Source: Squalus acanthias (taxonomy: Eukaryota). From it: a stretch of 64,000 nt of DNA. The notes beneath the pieces are model-generated. The model was not told the origin of the DNA. It did not search any database and worked only from the letters and a program-made list of their open reading frames with translations. The stretch lies in contig JASTWF010000033.1 in the NCBI GenBank assembly GCA_030390025.1, positions 3,226,001 to 3,290,000 on the forward strand, read 5' to 3'. This document shows positions 10,948-21,443 of the stretch, one piece after another; the stretch's first letter is position 1, and each line of letters begins with the position of its first letter. Position numbers and translations under genes: made by a program.

Positions 10948-11619
10948 CTACTCTCTGTCTGTCTCGCTCTGTCTCTGAGAAAAGCACAGAAGGAAACAGA
11001 TTTCAAGTGGATGCCTACCCGCACTTGTTGCTGTGGTTTCGCAAACATGTCTTTTGTGTTCTCACCTTAAAAATGTCATTTTGTACGATAAGTTTGCCTG
11101 GCGTGAAAATTATCTTAATTTCACAAATGCTCATCCTTGCCTTCTGTAAAATTCCTGCTGTTTCAAAGTTAGCAGGAAATGACTCAACCTTTCTGTCAAC
11201 ATTTGGAACTAGACACTTTAGATGTTGCCCACATTTAACTGTAGCTCACAGTGTCAGAACAGTCATAGTTATCAATAGTCTTTCATGTATCTTCTTGCCA
11301 AGTACATCTACCTAAAAAAAATAGCTTATCACAGCACGGCTATCAAACAATTCTTTGCCAGTGTGAAAAATGCAACATTTGAAACTTAGCAACGTGTGCA
11401 AGACTGGAATCAGAGAATCCGTGGGCAGTGATAACTTATCCTGAGCATTAAGATATTCATTAGGCTTGAGCCCTTCCTGTATTGCTCAGTAGCCCAATAA
11501 CTGAGGAACTAAGAGACCACAGGCCGGGGTGGAGGCTGGCCATTTTCATTTCTGTGTTGGGCTCAGCACCATACCTGCTGCTGAATAATGAACATAACAT
11601 AATTTCAGCTTGGCTGGAG

Positions 11620-12520
11620 ATCATAGAGACATAACGGCACAGAAGGAGCCGTGCCGGCTCTCTGCAGAGCAATCCAGTCAGTCCCATTCTCCCGCTCTAT
11701 CCCCGTAGCCCTGCAAGTTTACTTCCCTCAAGTGACTATCCAGTCTCTCCTTGAGAACATTGAGTGTCTCCGCTTCCACCAATTCTGTCGGTAGCGACTT
11801 CCCGTTCCTCAGCACTCGCTGCGTAAAATAGTTTTTTCTCACATCTCCCCTGTATCTCTTGCCCAAATCCTTAAATCTGTGTCCCCTAGTCCTTGTACAA
11901 AAACTAGTGGGAAAAGCCTTTCCCCGTCTAGCCTGTCCAAACCCGTCATAATCTTGTACACATCTAACAAATCACCCCTCACCTTCCTTTCCTCTAATGA
12001 AAACAAATCCAGCTTCTCCAACCTGTCCTTTTAGCTAAGATCCCCGGAACCATTCTGGTAAATCTCCTCTACACCCTCTCAAGGGCCTTCACATCCTTCC
12101 TAAAGTGTGGTGACCAGAGCTGGACGCAATACACCAGTTGTGGCCTAACCAGCACTTTTTAAAGGTTCAGCATAACTTCTCTACTTTTGTACTCAATACT
12201 TCTATTTATGAAGCCCAAGGTCCCATATGCATTGTTAACCAATCTCTCAATATGTCCTGCCACCTTCAGGGACCTATACACATTAACTCCCAGGTCCCTC
12301 TGTCCCTGCACACTCTTTAAAACTGTGCCATTAAGTGTTTATTGCCTCTCCTTGTTCCTTCTGCCAAAACGCATCACCTCACACTTCTTGCATTAAATTC
12401 CGTCTGCCCATTCTGCTAGCTTTTCTATGTCCTGTTGCAGTCGATTGGTATCATCCTCACTGTTTGCCACACCCCCAGGTTTGGTGACATTGGCAAATTT
12501 CGAAATTCTACTCTGTATTC
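11620..12520 (-). mobile_element. CR1 3' fragment
   Basis: EKLDLFSLE..FTQRV..LQGYG remnants. Confidence 0.85.
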
Positions 12521-12559
12521 CTCAAACCTTGAATCTCTGTCCCCTATTCCTTGTACCAT

Positions 12560-13165
12560 CAACAATTACAAATGTAGAAAAGTTATGCTGAACCTTTATA
12601 AAGTGCTTGTTAGGCCACAAATGGAGTATTGCGTCCAGTTCTGCTCATCACACTTTAGGAAGGATGTGAAGGCCATTGAGAGGATGCAGAGGAGAACTAC
12701 CAGAATGGTTCCGATTTTAAGGGACCTTAGCTACAAGGACAGGTTGGAGAAGCTGGATTTGTTTTCATTGGAGCAAAGGAGGTTGAGGGGTGATTTGATG
12801 GTGGTGTAAAATATTATGAAGTGTTTGGTTAGGCTAGACGGGAAAGGCTGTTGCCACTCATTGATGGTACAAGGAACAGGGGACACAGATATAAGGTTTT
12901 GGGCAAAGGGTCCAGGGGGGAACGAGAGGAAAAACTTGTTTACGCAGCGATTGGTGATGACCTGGAACTCGCTGCCAACAGAAGTGGTGGAAGCGGAGAC
13001 ACTCAATGTGCTCAAGGAGAGACTGGATAGGCACTTGAGGGAAATAAACTTGCAGGGCTACGGGGATTGAGCGGGGGAATGGGACTGACTGGATTGCTCT
13101 ACAGAGAGCCGGAAAGGACTCGAAGGGCCGAATGGCCTCTGTCTGTGCCGTTATGACTCTATGAC
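12560..13165 (+). mobile_element. CR1 3' fragment, head-to-head with the preceding copy
   Basis: LYKVLVRPQMEYCVQF..FTQR..LQGYG and 3' UTR. Confidence 0.85.
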
Positions 13166-13215
13166 CTGCATTTGTAGACCGCGGTTCCCTTCTGTACTGC
13201 AGCTCACGGAGCAGA

Positions 13216-13288
13216 GTTTCCGTAGTGTAGTGGTTATCACGTTCGCCTAACACGCGAATGGTCCTCTGTTAGAAGCCGAGCGGAAACA
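13216..13288 (+). tRNA. tRNA-Val(AAC), T-arm degenerate (probable pseudogene)
   Basis: 5' half matches vertebrate tRNA-Val; B box reads tgttagaagcc. Confidence 0.85.
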
Positions 13289-13394
13289 TTTTTTAAAAAA
13301 TTTCCAATTAAAATTGAATTAATATGATAAAGTTGAATTAATTTTGTGGTTAAATATGAATAAAATATCTCATAATACACGTGTATTTTCTCTG

Positions 13395-13590
13395 TGCAAT
13401 TCTGGGCCATCAGCAGCAGCAGAATTGTATTCAACCACAATCTGTTGCCTCCTAGCCCGGCATATCTCTCACTCTACCCTGACCATCAAGCCAGGGGACC
13501 AAACCTGGTTCAATGAGATGTATAGAAGAGCAGGCCAGGAGCGGCTCCAGGCACACCTAAAAATGAGACCATTCCAAAATGGTGAAGCTA
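13395..13590 (+). mobile_element. Fragment of a divergent LINE ORF2
   Basis: IKPGDQTWFNE motif typical of the linker between endonuclease and RT. Confidence 0.5.
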
Positions 13591-13841
13591 GATATGGAAC
13601 CAAAGCGGGCCAATGCAGTTGAGATACAGATTATCCCGGATCTAATTGAATGACGGAACAGGGCTGAGGGGCCTCCTCCTGTTCCTATTAGTCTGTCACC
13701 ATTAAGAAAATGTTATGAAATGGCTTTCTCGGATCCCAGTGGATGATCTCATACTTACCGACATTGTACCCGGTGCCACAGTTCATCCCATGATCTTGCA
13801 GCCAAAATACACATTTTGAAAACCTGGAAAAGTTAAAGCAC

Positions 13842-13916
13842 CGTCCCTGGGTGGGTTCTGAATCACCAACCTTTCAGTTAACAGCCGAACGCGCTAACCG
13901 ATTGTGCCACAGAGAC
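13842..13916 (-). tRNA. tRNA-Asn(GTT), T-loop altered (probable pseudogene)
   Basis: Reverse complement gtctctgtggcacaatcggttagcgcgttcggctgttaactgaaagg..cccacccagggacg. Confidence 0.88.
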
Positions 13917-14329
13917 CTTTTGAAAGCCAGTTGACAACATATGCTAAAGCGGGAAGTTACCAAGATAAAACCTCAGGTCACAGAGAGCAAGACAGCAACT
14001 GTCCAGTCTCTGTTCACTTGTCGAAATTAAAGAATGTAACATTCATTGTCGGAATAGGAAATAGTCGCTGAAAGAAAATCCGTTCAACAAATTGATTTGA
14101 AAACACGCTTTGAGCCATTAGATCGATTCATCAACCAATGGTGACGGTGAGATATTAACATGGTATCTGGGTTTCTCACAATTGTTGGAATCTTCCCACG
14201 AGTTCTTTTGCTGTTGTATTTGTTCATCAATGTGGAGATCAGATATACACGTGGTCGCTTCACTGGGAGGCCTGGGAACCAGATACACCAGAGCACAGGC
14301 CAATGATGGGACTCTGCCCTTTCTGCTCT

Positions 14330-15200
14330 ATATGGGGGTCAGTAGCAACTGAATGAGAACAACGAACCTACCACAGGCCTGGAATGGAGCCTTGACCCAT
14401 CCATCTGTGTGGGGCTCAGTTACATGCTGGATGAGATCAGCAAACTGAGCGCTGTCCGGGAACGGAGCCTGATCACACCCTGCTCTGAGTGGCTCCACTG
14501 GGTGAGAACATCAGCACTGGTCAGATATGGAGCCTGGGCCCTTCCTACTCTGTGGGGCTCAGTAACACATTGCTTGAGATGGAGTAACACACCACAGGCC
14601 GGGGATGGAGCCTGGGCCCTTCCTAATCTGTGGGGCTCAGTAATACACTGCTTGAGATGGAGTAACACACCACAGGCCGGGGATGGAGCCTGGGCCCTTC
14701 CTACTCTGTGGGGCTCAGTAACACACAGCTTGAGATGGAGTAACACACCACAGGCCGGGGATGGAGCCTGGGCTTTCCCTGTTCTTTGTGGGGCTCAGTA
14801 ACACACTGCTTGAGATGGAGTAACACACCACAGGCCGGGGATGGAGCCTGGGCTTTCCCTGTTCTTTGTGGGGCTCAGTAACACACTGCTTGAGATGGAG
14901 TAACACACCACAGGCCGGGGATGGAGCCTGGGCTCTTCCTACTCTGTGGGGCTCAGTAACTCATTGCGTGAGATGGAGTAACACACCTCAGGCCGGGGAT
15001 GGAGCCTGGGCTCTTCCTACTCTGTGGGGCTCAGTAACACACTGCTTGAGATGGGGTAACACACCAAACGCCGGGGATGGAGCCTGGGCTTTCCCTGTTC
15101 TTTGTGGTGCTCAGTACCACACCGCCTGCAATAAACTAACAGGCCTAAGGCCGAGTATGGAACCTGATTACATTCTGTTGTGTGGGGCTCAGTACCACAC
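14330..15200 (+). repeat. 78-80 bp minisatellite, about 8 homogeneous plus 3 diverged units
   Basis: tgtggggctcagta recurs at 14551, 14629, 14707, 14787, 14867, 14945, 15023, 15103, 15181. Confidence 0.95.
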
Positions 15201-15827
15201 CGGGTGAGGTCTGCTGCATCTGCACTCAAGCGGAGCCCCTGGGGCGGAGCCATCAGCTGCCTCCCTGCAAGAACAGACATGGTGAATGGACAGAGGCTGT
15301 TGTATCAATGTTTTTAAACTGATTTCACAGGCGATCCCCAGCTCTGAATCCCCCAGCAGAGAATTCAAGGAGAGTTTGATGTAAATGAGATTCAACATCA
15401 GTATCAGAACATTACTCTCTGATTCGGGACTCTGATCTCTCTCCAGCATCTCGCTGCTGCAGATTGAACTTGACATAATTGCAGCTTGGCTCGGGATCAG
15501 TGCGGCTCAGCGGGACTTCGGCCCGTCTCTCCCTTCACAACCCAGCAGTGCCGAGAAAAGAACGGGGAATTTTACACATGTGTTTTGTTCTGTAACTTTA
15601 TTTAAACATTTCAGTGCATTTCACGCTGTGTTCAACACGGTGAGGTCCCCCCTGGTGTATCAGCTTTGTATCTGCATCAACACTCCAGCTTTACATTAAC
15701 ACAACCTGAGCTCCGAGATCTGGTCCGGTCTCATTGCCCCGAAAGTGAGGATTGAGCGGGAGGGGCAATGCCACCAGGGGTTAGATTTTCCTCCAAGCGG
15801 GTGATACAACATTTAATTTACTGTGAA

Positions 15828-15888
15828 GCCCAAATAGCTCAGTTGGGCGAGCGTTAAACTGAAGATCTAAAGATCCCAGCTTTCGGCA
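15828..15888 (+). pseudogene. tRNA-Phe(GAA), T-arm deleted
   Basis: gcccaaatagctcagttgggcgagcgttaaactgaagatctaaagatccc joined to agctttcggca. Confidence 0.85.
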
Positions 15889-15998
15889 TTTGTTGGTTGG
15901 TTAGTTTGTGTCTCCTTCACTATAAGAGGATAGAATCAGAAGCGGTTTTCTCCTCGTGTACCCGCGTCCACCAAATGAATGGGAGTGAAACCACATCT

Positions 15999-16054
15999 GA
16001 CCCGCGGGATCCGGCTCCAGCCGCCCGCTGCGGGTTCGAATCCAGTCGGGGTCC
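15999..16054 (+). pseudogene. D-armless tRNA-Trp-like element, copy 2
   Basis: gaccc/gggtc termini, cggc-tcca-gccg hairpin, perfect B box ggttcgaatcc. Confidence 0.45.
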
Positions 16055-16321
16055 CGCCGCCTGGTTTTATACCGGGACAGTGTTTGAGGGAGGGTCTGTT
16101 CAGCGGTGGTGCGATGATAATTTTTAGAATGAGGTTTGTGAGATTAAAGAGCTCTTTTCGTGTTACTTTCGATTGACACTCTGCCCAGTTGTATATACGA
16201 ACAGTTGACAATGTTTAAGCGATGTGGTGTGTTCAATGTTTATGCAATAACTCGGTCACCCAGTGTGAGCCTGAAAGACAATCCCCCAGCCTGGGCTCGA
16301 ATCTTTCAACAGGCACTTTGT

Positions 16322-16395
16322 GGCCGGTTAGCTCAGCTGGTGCGAGCGTGATGCTCATAAAGTCAAAGCCGCGGGTTCGATCCCCGTAAGGACCA
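16322..16395 (+). pseudogene. tRNA-Ile body with CAT anticodon
   Basis: ggccggttagctcagctgg..tgatg-ct-CAT-aa-agtca..gcgggttcgatccccgt. Confidence 0.8.
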
Positions 16396-16882
16396 TCAGA
16401 ATTTGTTCATGCTTTTTCGAAATACTTAAAATACAATCTTTATAAAGAAACAAATCCACACAGAATCTCACGAGGGAATTCTTTGGATTAACATCCATTG
16501 CATCTTTGTCAGCGGGGCGGAGAGACACATCTTTCTGTTTATTTGTGTTTCTGGGTTTGCTGATGAACGTTGAACTGCGGCCTGTTCCAGTTAATGGTCA
16601 CAAGCGGGTAAGAGACAGACAGAGCGGCTCTGACCCTGCGAGATGGGCAAAAGGCTTCAGTTCAGGACAAATACATCAATGAAATGTTCGCCCGGCCCCG
16701 AGAGAGACAACATCCAGAGAAAAGCACAGAAGGAAATAGATCAATCTAAAACGTTATAAATATTTCCCATTCTTGATGTCTCTTTATTCAATCGCCAACC
16801 CTTCAGTGCCGGAGAAATAATTCCAGTTTAAGTCGTTCAGTTCGAGAATGGCAGCGGAAAGAAACTCAAATGAATTGAAAAA

Positions 16883-17126
16883 TGCCGAATCCCGGGATTG
16901 AATCAGGGACCATTATTAAATCTGTAGCGAGAAAAACAGAGTTAACGTTTCAGGTCGATGACCGTTCGTCTGACGTTAACTGTTTCTCTCTCTACAGATG
17001 CTGCCTGATCTGCTGAGTATTTCCAGCATTTTCTGTTTTTATTTCAAATTTCCAGCATCCGCCAGTATTTTGCTTTTGTACCTTTATAAATCTTCAAGTC
17101 GCTCATCCCAACTGAGCTATTACGGC
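16883..17126 (-). pseudogene. tRNA-Phe split by a 156-bp insertion
   Basis: 3' part at 16883-16923, 5' part at 17080-17126. Confidence 0.8.
16924..17079. mobile_element. Penelope-associated palindromic repeat with degenerate hammerhead core
   Basis: Internal inverted repeat; minus strand cagacga-acggtc-atc-gacct-gaaacgtt; imperfect 14-15 bp target duplication. Confidence 0.6.
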
Positions 17127-17910
17127 TACGGTGCAACCTACAGTGCGTCATCCTCTCGGAGGGAAAGGGAAGGGTTTGTGTCATGAATCCGCTGGATTTG
17201 CATCAAGCATCTAATTCACCTGCAGGCTGGAGGAGCAGAGGAGGCTGGAGGGAAAGAAGTGATCGGAGCAGAAGGAGAAGCCATTTGAAACTGTCAGAAT
17301 CTTGTGTCTGACTGTTGTTTCAAGTGATGCAGGACAGCCCTGCCTGGATTGGCAGTTTTCCCAGGAGCTGCATTGTTCGGTGCCTGCATTTTAGACATGG
17401 AAACATGTACATCAGGAGCTTGTTGTAATATTTCACATCACTGTACATTTCAAGTGGATGCCGACCCGCACTTGGTGCTGTGGTTGCGCGAACATGTCTT
17501 TTGTGTTCTCACCTAAAATGTCATTTTGTACAAACAGTTTGCCAGGGGCGAAAGAGTTAAAAAGGGGACTTAGACTGAAATGGACGGGGTTGCTGCGGTG
17601 TGTGAAACATGGTGGCGATCTAGGGTTATTATCCGAGGCGACGCTGCAGGATCCGTTAAAGATCTCCCGCGGATCCACTGAAACCAGTCGTATGTGGAGC
17701 TTTGAGAGGAGCGTTCTGCACCGTCAGGGCAGGAAACGGGAGTGAGGGAGGGACACTGTCGGTATCTGTGCTGAGTTTGAGTCTGTGAATAATTGTACAA
17801 AGAAAATATACGGGTTCTTTGAGATTTTTAACTTTATTGATATTTAACCACAAAATGAATTCTTCCATTTTTTTATATTAATTCAATTTTAATGGGGAAG
17901 CTTTTCAAAA

Positions 17911-17983
17911 TGTTTCTGTCCTGTTTTGAACCGGGGACTTTTCACGTGTTAGACGAACCTGATAACCACTACACTACGGAAAC
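17911..17983 (-). pseudogene. tRNA-Val(AAC), degenerate
   Basis: Reverse complement gtttccgtagtgtagtggttatcagg..ctaacac..ccggttcaaaacagg. Confidence 0.85.
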
Positions 17984-18526
17984 TCTGCCGGGCTCAGCTG
18001 CCGGAAGAACAGCACAGAAGAGAACTGCGATTTGCAAATGCAGGTCTGGGATTAAATCGGCCAACAAAAGCCCGACAGAACCTTATTACTGATACTTTTG
18101 CCAATCACTTTAATATGTGTTTTCTGGTGAGCAACAATTCTGCCACTGGAAAATGTTCTCCTTATTTACTTTATTAAAACTCTTCATGATATTGAACACG
18201 TCTACAAAATCTCCCCTTATCTTCTCTGCTCTGAGGAGATCAACCTCTTCTTCTCGACTACTCCACATCACTGAAGTCTCGCATCCGTCCAAAAGCGGAG
18301 TGCCCGAATTGCACACAATACTCCAAAGGTTTGGCATAACTTCCTTCCTTTTGCCCTCATTGCCTCTGTTTATAAAGCCAAGGATCCCGTTAGCTTTTCT
18401 AACACAAGACAAAATGCTGCGGATGCTGGAAGTTTGAAATAAAAACAGAATTTACTGGAAATACTCAGCAGCTGTGAATGGTAGGTGAGTTGGAGAAATA
18501 AATTTGGCCACAAATTAGAGCATGCG

Positions 18527-18597
18527 GGTTCCATGGTGTAATGCTGAGCACTCTAGACTTTGAATCCCGCGATCTGAGTTCAAATCTCGTTGAACCT
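18527..18597 (+). pseudogene. tRNA-Gln(TTG), degenerate
   Basis: ggttccatggtgtaatgctgagcactctagactttgaatcc..gagttcaaatctc. Confidence 0.85.
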
Positions 18598-18919
18598 GGT
18601 TCCTTCTTGTCCCAGCTGTTGTAACATTTGGGGCAAACAAACAAACGTCATTTTGATGGCAGCTGTGTGATTGGCTGCTCAGCAGCGGGAAAATGTAGAC
18701 TCTGAAGGTTTGGATGAGAAAAGGTGGGTCCAAAATGGAATGGTGGAGTTAAAATTGTCCAGTTCTTCCAATATTGCTGCTGGGCGAGGTTTGCAAGTAG
18801 CCTTGAGGGGGCAGCGATGTATTGCCATTACAGTGCTGGTCCCCGCCACAAACTCCGCTCCCGAGCCACCGACTTCATCCCTATCGCTGGCCACTGAGGC
18901 TGAACCAGGCAGCTTGCAA

Positions 18920-19375
18920 CATGGGTGCCGTATTTGAGCTTCCGACCAGAGCTTCCGACCAAGACAGTCTACTTCCACCTCCGGAACATCGCCCGACTCC
19001 GCCTCTACCTCAGCTTATCTGCTGCTGAAACCCTCATCCTTGCCTTTGTCACCTCTAGACTTGAGAATACTAATGTACTCCTGGAAGGCCTCCCATCTTC
19101 CTCTCTCCATAAACTTGAGCTCATCCAATCCTCTGCTGCCCGTATCCTAACTCGCACCATGTCCTGTTCACCCATCACCCCGGTTCTCAGTCACCTACAT
19201 TGGCTCCCCATCAGGCGACAACCCAATTTTCAAATTATCTTCCTTGTTTTCAAATCCCTCCATGGATTCGCCCCTCCCTATCTCTGTAACCTTCTCCAGC
19301 CCTACACCCTCTGAGATCTCTTCACTCCTCCAATTCTGGGCTCTTACACATCCCCGATTTTAATCCTTCCACCAT
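18920..19375 (+). mobile_element. L2-clade LINE 3' fragment
   Basis: YFHLRNIARLR..AETLILAFVTSRL..ITPVLSHLHWLPI is the L2 ORF2 C-terminus. Confidence 0.85.
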
Positions 19376-20260
19376 CTGCCGTGGTGGGATTGTGAACTCA
19401 GGTCTCCAGATCATCATGAAGTCGGTGGTTGAGGAACAGAGCTTTTGGCGGGGACCAGCACTGCAATGGCGATTCATCGCTGCCCCCTCAAGGCAAACCT
19501 TTCTCACCAGCGAGCACTGGACAATTTTCTCCCCACCATTCCAATTTTACCCTGGATTACTAGTCGAGTAACACAATCACTGTGCCGCCAATCCCCGTAT
19601 TTAATTGATTGAAGAATCGTTAATGAGCAGCGCAGTCTGAACCAGGAAGAGTCAGTTCGAACATTAAATTCAATGTCCAATCAGGCACAGAAAGCGAGAT
19701 AAAGAGAGGAAAATAAAGGTTGGATTAAGATAGAGAAAAAAGAAAGAGAAAAATGTAAAAACATTTTTATTGTTAAAAAAAATATTCAACAATAATTTAT
19801 ATCTGAAGGAATGTGATTCCACAATTATAAAAGTTTATTTTCATGCCAGAGAGGTTATTTGGCAGTAATTAAGACAGTTAAAAAATGGGACTTAGATTGA
19901 AATGGACGGGGTTGCTGCGGTGTGTGAAATATGGTGACGATCTCTCGTTATTAGCCGAGGTGACGCTACAGGATCCTTTAAAGATCTCCCGCGGATCCAC
20001 TGAAACCAGTCGAATGTGGAGCTGTGAGAGGAGCTTTCTGCACCGTCAGGGCAGGAAACGGGAGTGAGTGAGGGACAATGTCGGTATCTGTGCTGAGTTT
20101 GAGTCTGTGAAGAATGGTATGGCTCAGATAATATACGGAATCTATGAGATATTTTATTGATATTTAATTACAATATGAATTCTTCAATTTTTCATATTTG
20201 TTCAATTTTAATGGGGAAGGTTTCTTTCCCGTTTCCAACCGGGGACCATTTCTCGAACAT

Positions 20261-20326
20261 AGTTTCCCGCCCGGGATTGAATCGGGGCTTGTGAGGGGAA
20301 CTTGATAAACACTACACTACGGAAAC
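20261..20326 (-). pseudogene. tRNA-Val remnant with internal deletion (second Val 3' remnant at about 20222-20250)
   Basis: Reverse complement gtttccgtagtgtagtgtttatcaagttcccctcacaag. Confidence 0.7.
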
Positions 20327-20620
20327 CTCTGCTTAGCTGAATATCCAGAAAGATCTGTTCAGCGAGAAGGTGAAATGCTGAATCCCAGATTCTGGATTAA
20401 TTTCCTTTCACTAACATTTCTCCGACCGAACCTGCACAAGTCAAAAATGTTCCTTTCAAAGTCATTAAACTCTCGAATTTCCGCGTCGCCACCCAAATCT
20501 TCTGAATCAGATGCCTCCAGTTTTGCCACTCAATCAATGTCCCTTTGCAATTCCCTGCTCCCATCCACACTAATTACTGCGCCACTGTCGATCAGCGATA
20601 ATAGACATTCAAAGTGATCA

Positions 20621-20674
20621 GGCCGGCGAGTTCAGTCGGCAGCAGGTTCGTGGGTTCGGACCCCAAGTTAGGCG
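20621..20674 (+). pseudogene. tRNA-Lys, anticodon arm deleted
   Basis: ggccggcgagttcagtcggcag joined to caggttcgtgggttcggaccccaagttaggcg; paralog of 31192. Confidence 0.75.
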
Positions 20675-21139
20675 AAGGTTATTGTTAAACTTTTTGTTTG
20701 TTGCTTTCACGGCAAATCATCATGAATTCACCGGTAATTTTCTTTGGCACAATGAAAGAAATGCTAACTGAGGGAGAGTCGATACTTCAATCATTTTATT
20801 TGTGCTTTGCACGTTAACTGTTACCCAGATCTCCTTTTACACACGGTACTTCAGGAGTCTGGTTTAAAGTGTTCATTGCTGATGACACCAGGAATCTGGG
20901 GCAATATTTGTCAAATTGAACAGCACCGGTTATTTCCACCGTGCTCAGAAAATAGAATCAGCAGTGAACATGAAATCCCATTGTGCTGACATTCAGATTC
21001 AACGCAGTCAGCTTTGAAATAAAGTGAAAGAATTTTACACTGAAAAGATTTGTAAGTAAGTATTTGGGCCTTTAAAAAAGTTTGTAGGAGCTGATTCCTG
21101 TTCATGTCACTTCTTCCTCTGTTGAATAAGAAAGGAGGG

Positions 21140-21200
21140 GTTTGACGTTGTCCAGACTGCACTGCGCCTGATGTTTGTGAGCTCATCCTTTATATTGAGC
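21140..21200 (+). promoter_or_regulatory. Upstream promoter of vault-RNA-like gene 1
   Basis: TGACGT half-CRE, TGCGCCTG, TATATT 30 bp before the RNA start; conserved at 31740-31795. Confidence 0.55.
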
Positions 21201-21220
21201 GGTTTCTCGCACTTTGACCG

Positions 21221-21314
21221 ACGTCATCTTTAGCTCAGCGGTTACCTCGCAGCACCAACTTAATTCTAATTTCGACGCCTGTCTCACCGCGGGCGCTGCC
21301 TGGCGTGTTTTTTT
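21221..21314 (+). ncRNA. vtRNA: Vault RNA-like gene, copy 1
   Basis: 5' CTTTAGCTCAGCGGTTACcTCG and 3' CCGCGGGCGCTGCCTGGC match the conserved vault RNA ends; terminal stem; T7 terminator. Confidence 0.8.
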
Positions 21315-21412
21315 GTCCTTTTCAATCCCCTTATTTTACACTGAAACAAATTGTAGCCGTGATTTTAATTTAGCACCTTTAACTGATTCAATAACCTATT
21401 CTTATCAGTAAG

Positions 21413-21443
21413 TGTAACCCGTGTTCGATTCCCGGTTAGGGAA
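21413..21443 (+). pseudogene. tRNA-Glu 3' remnant
   Basis: cccgtgttcgattcccggttagggaa; paralog at about 32027-32057. Confidence 0.6.

Noticed and set aside
14409..15207. Repetitive ORFs in the 78-bp array; possible CRISPR
   Set aside because: Head-to-tail minisatellite without spacers
14084..15476. Short minus-strand ORFs (14118-14303, 15189-15476) as host exons
   Set aside because: No recognisable domain and no convincing paired splice sites
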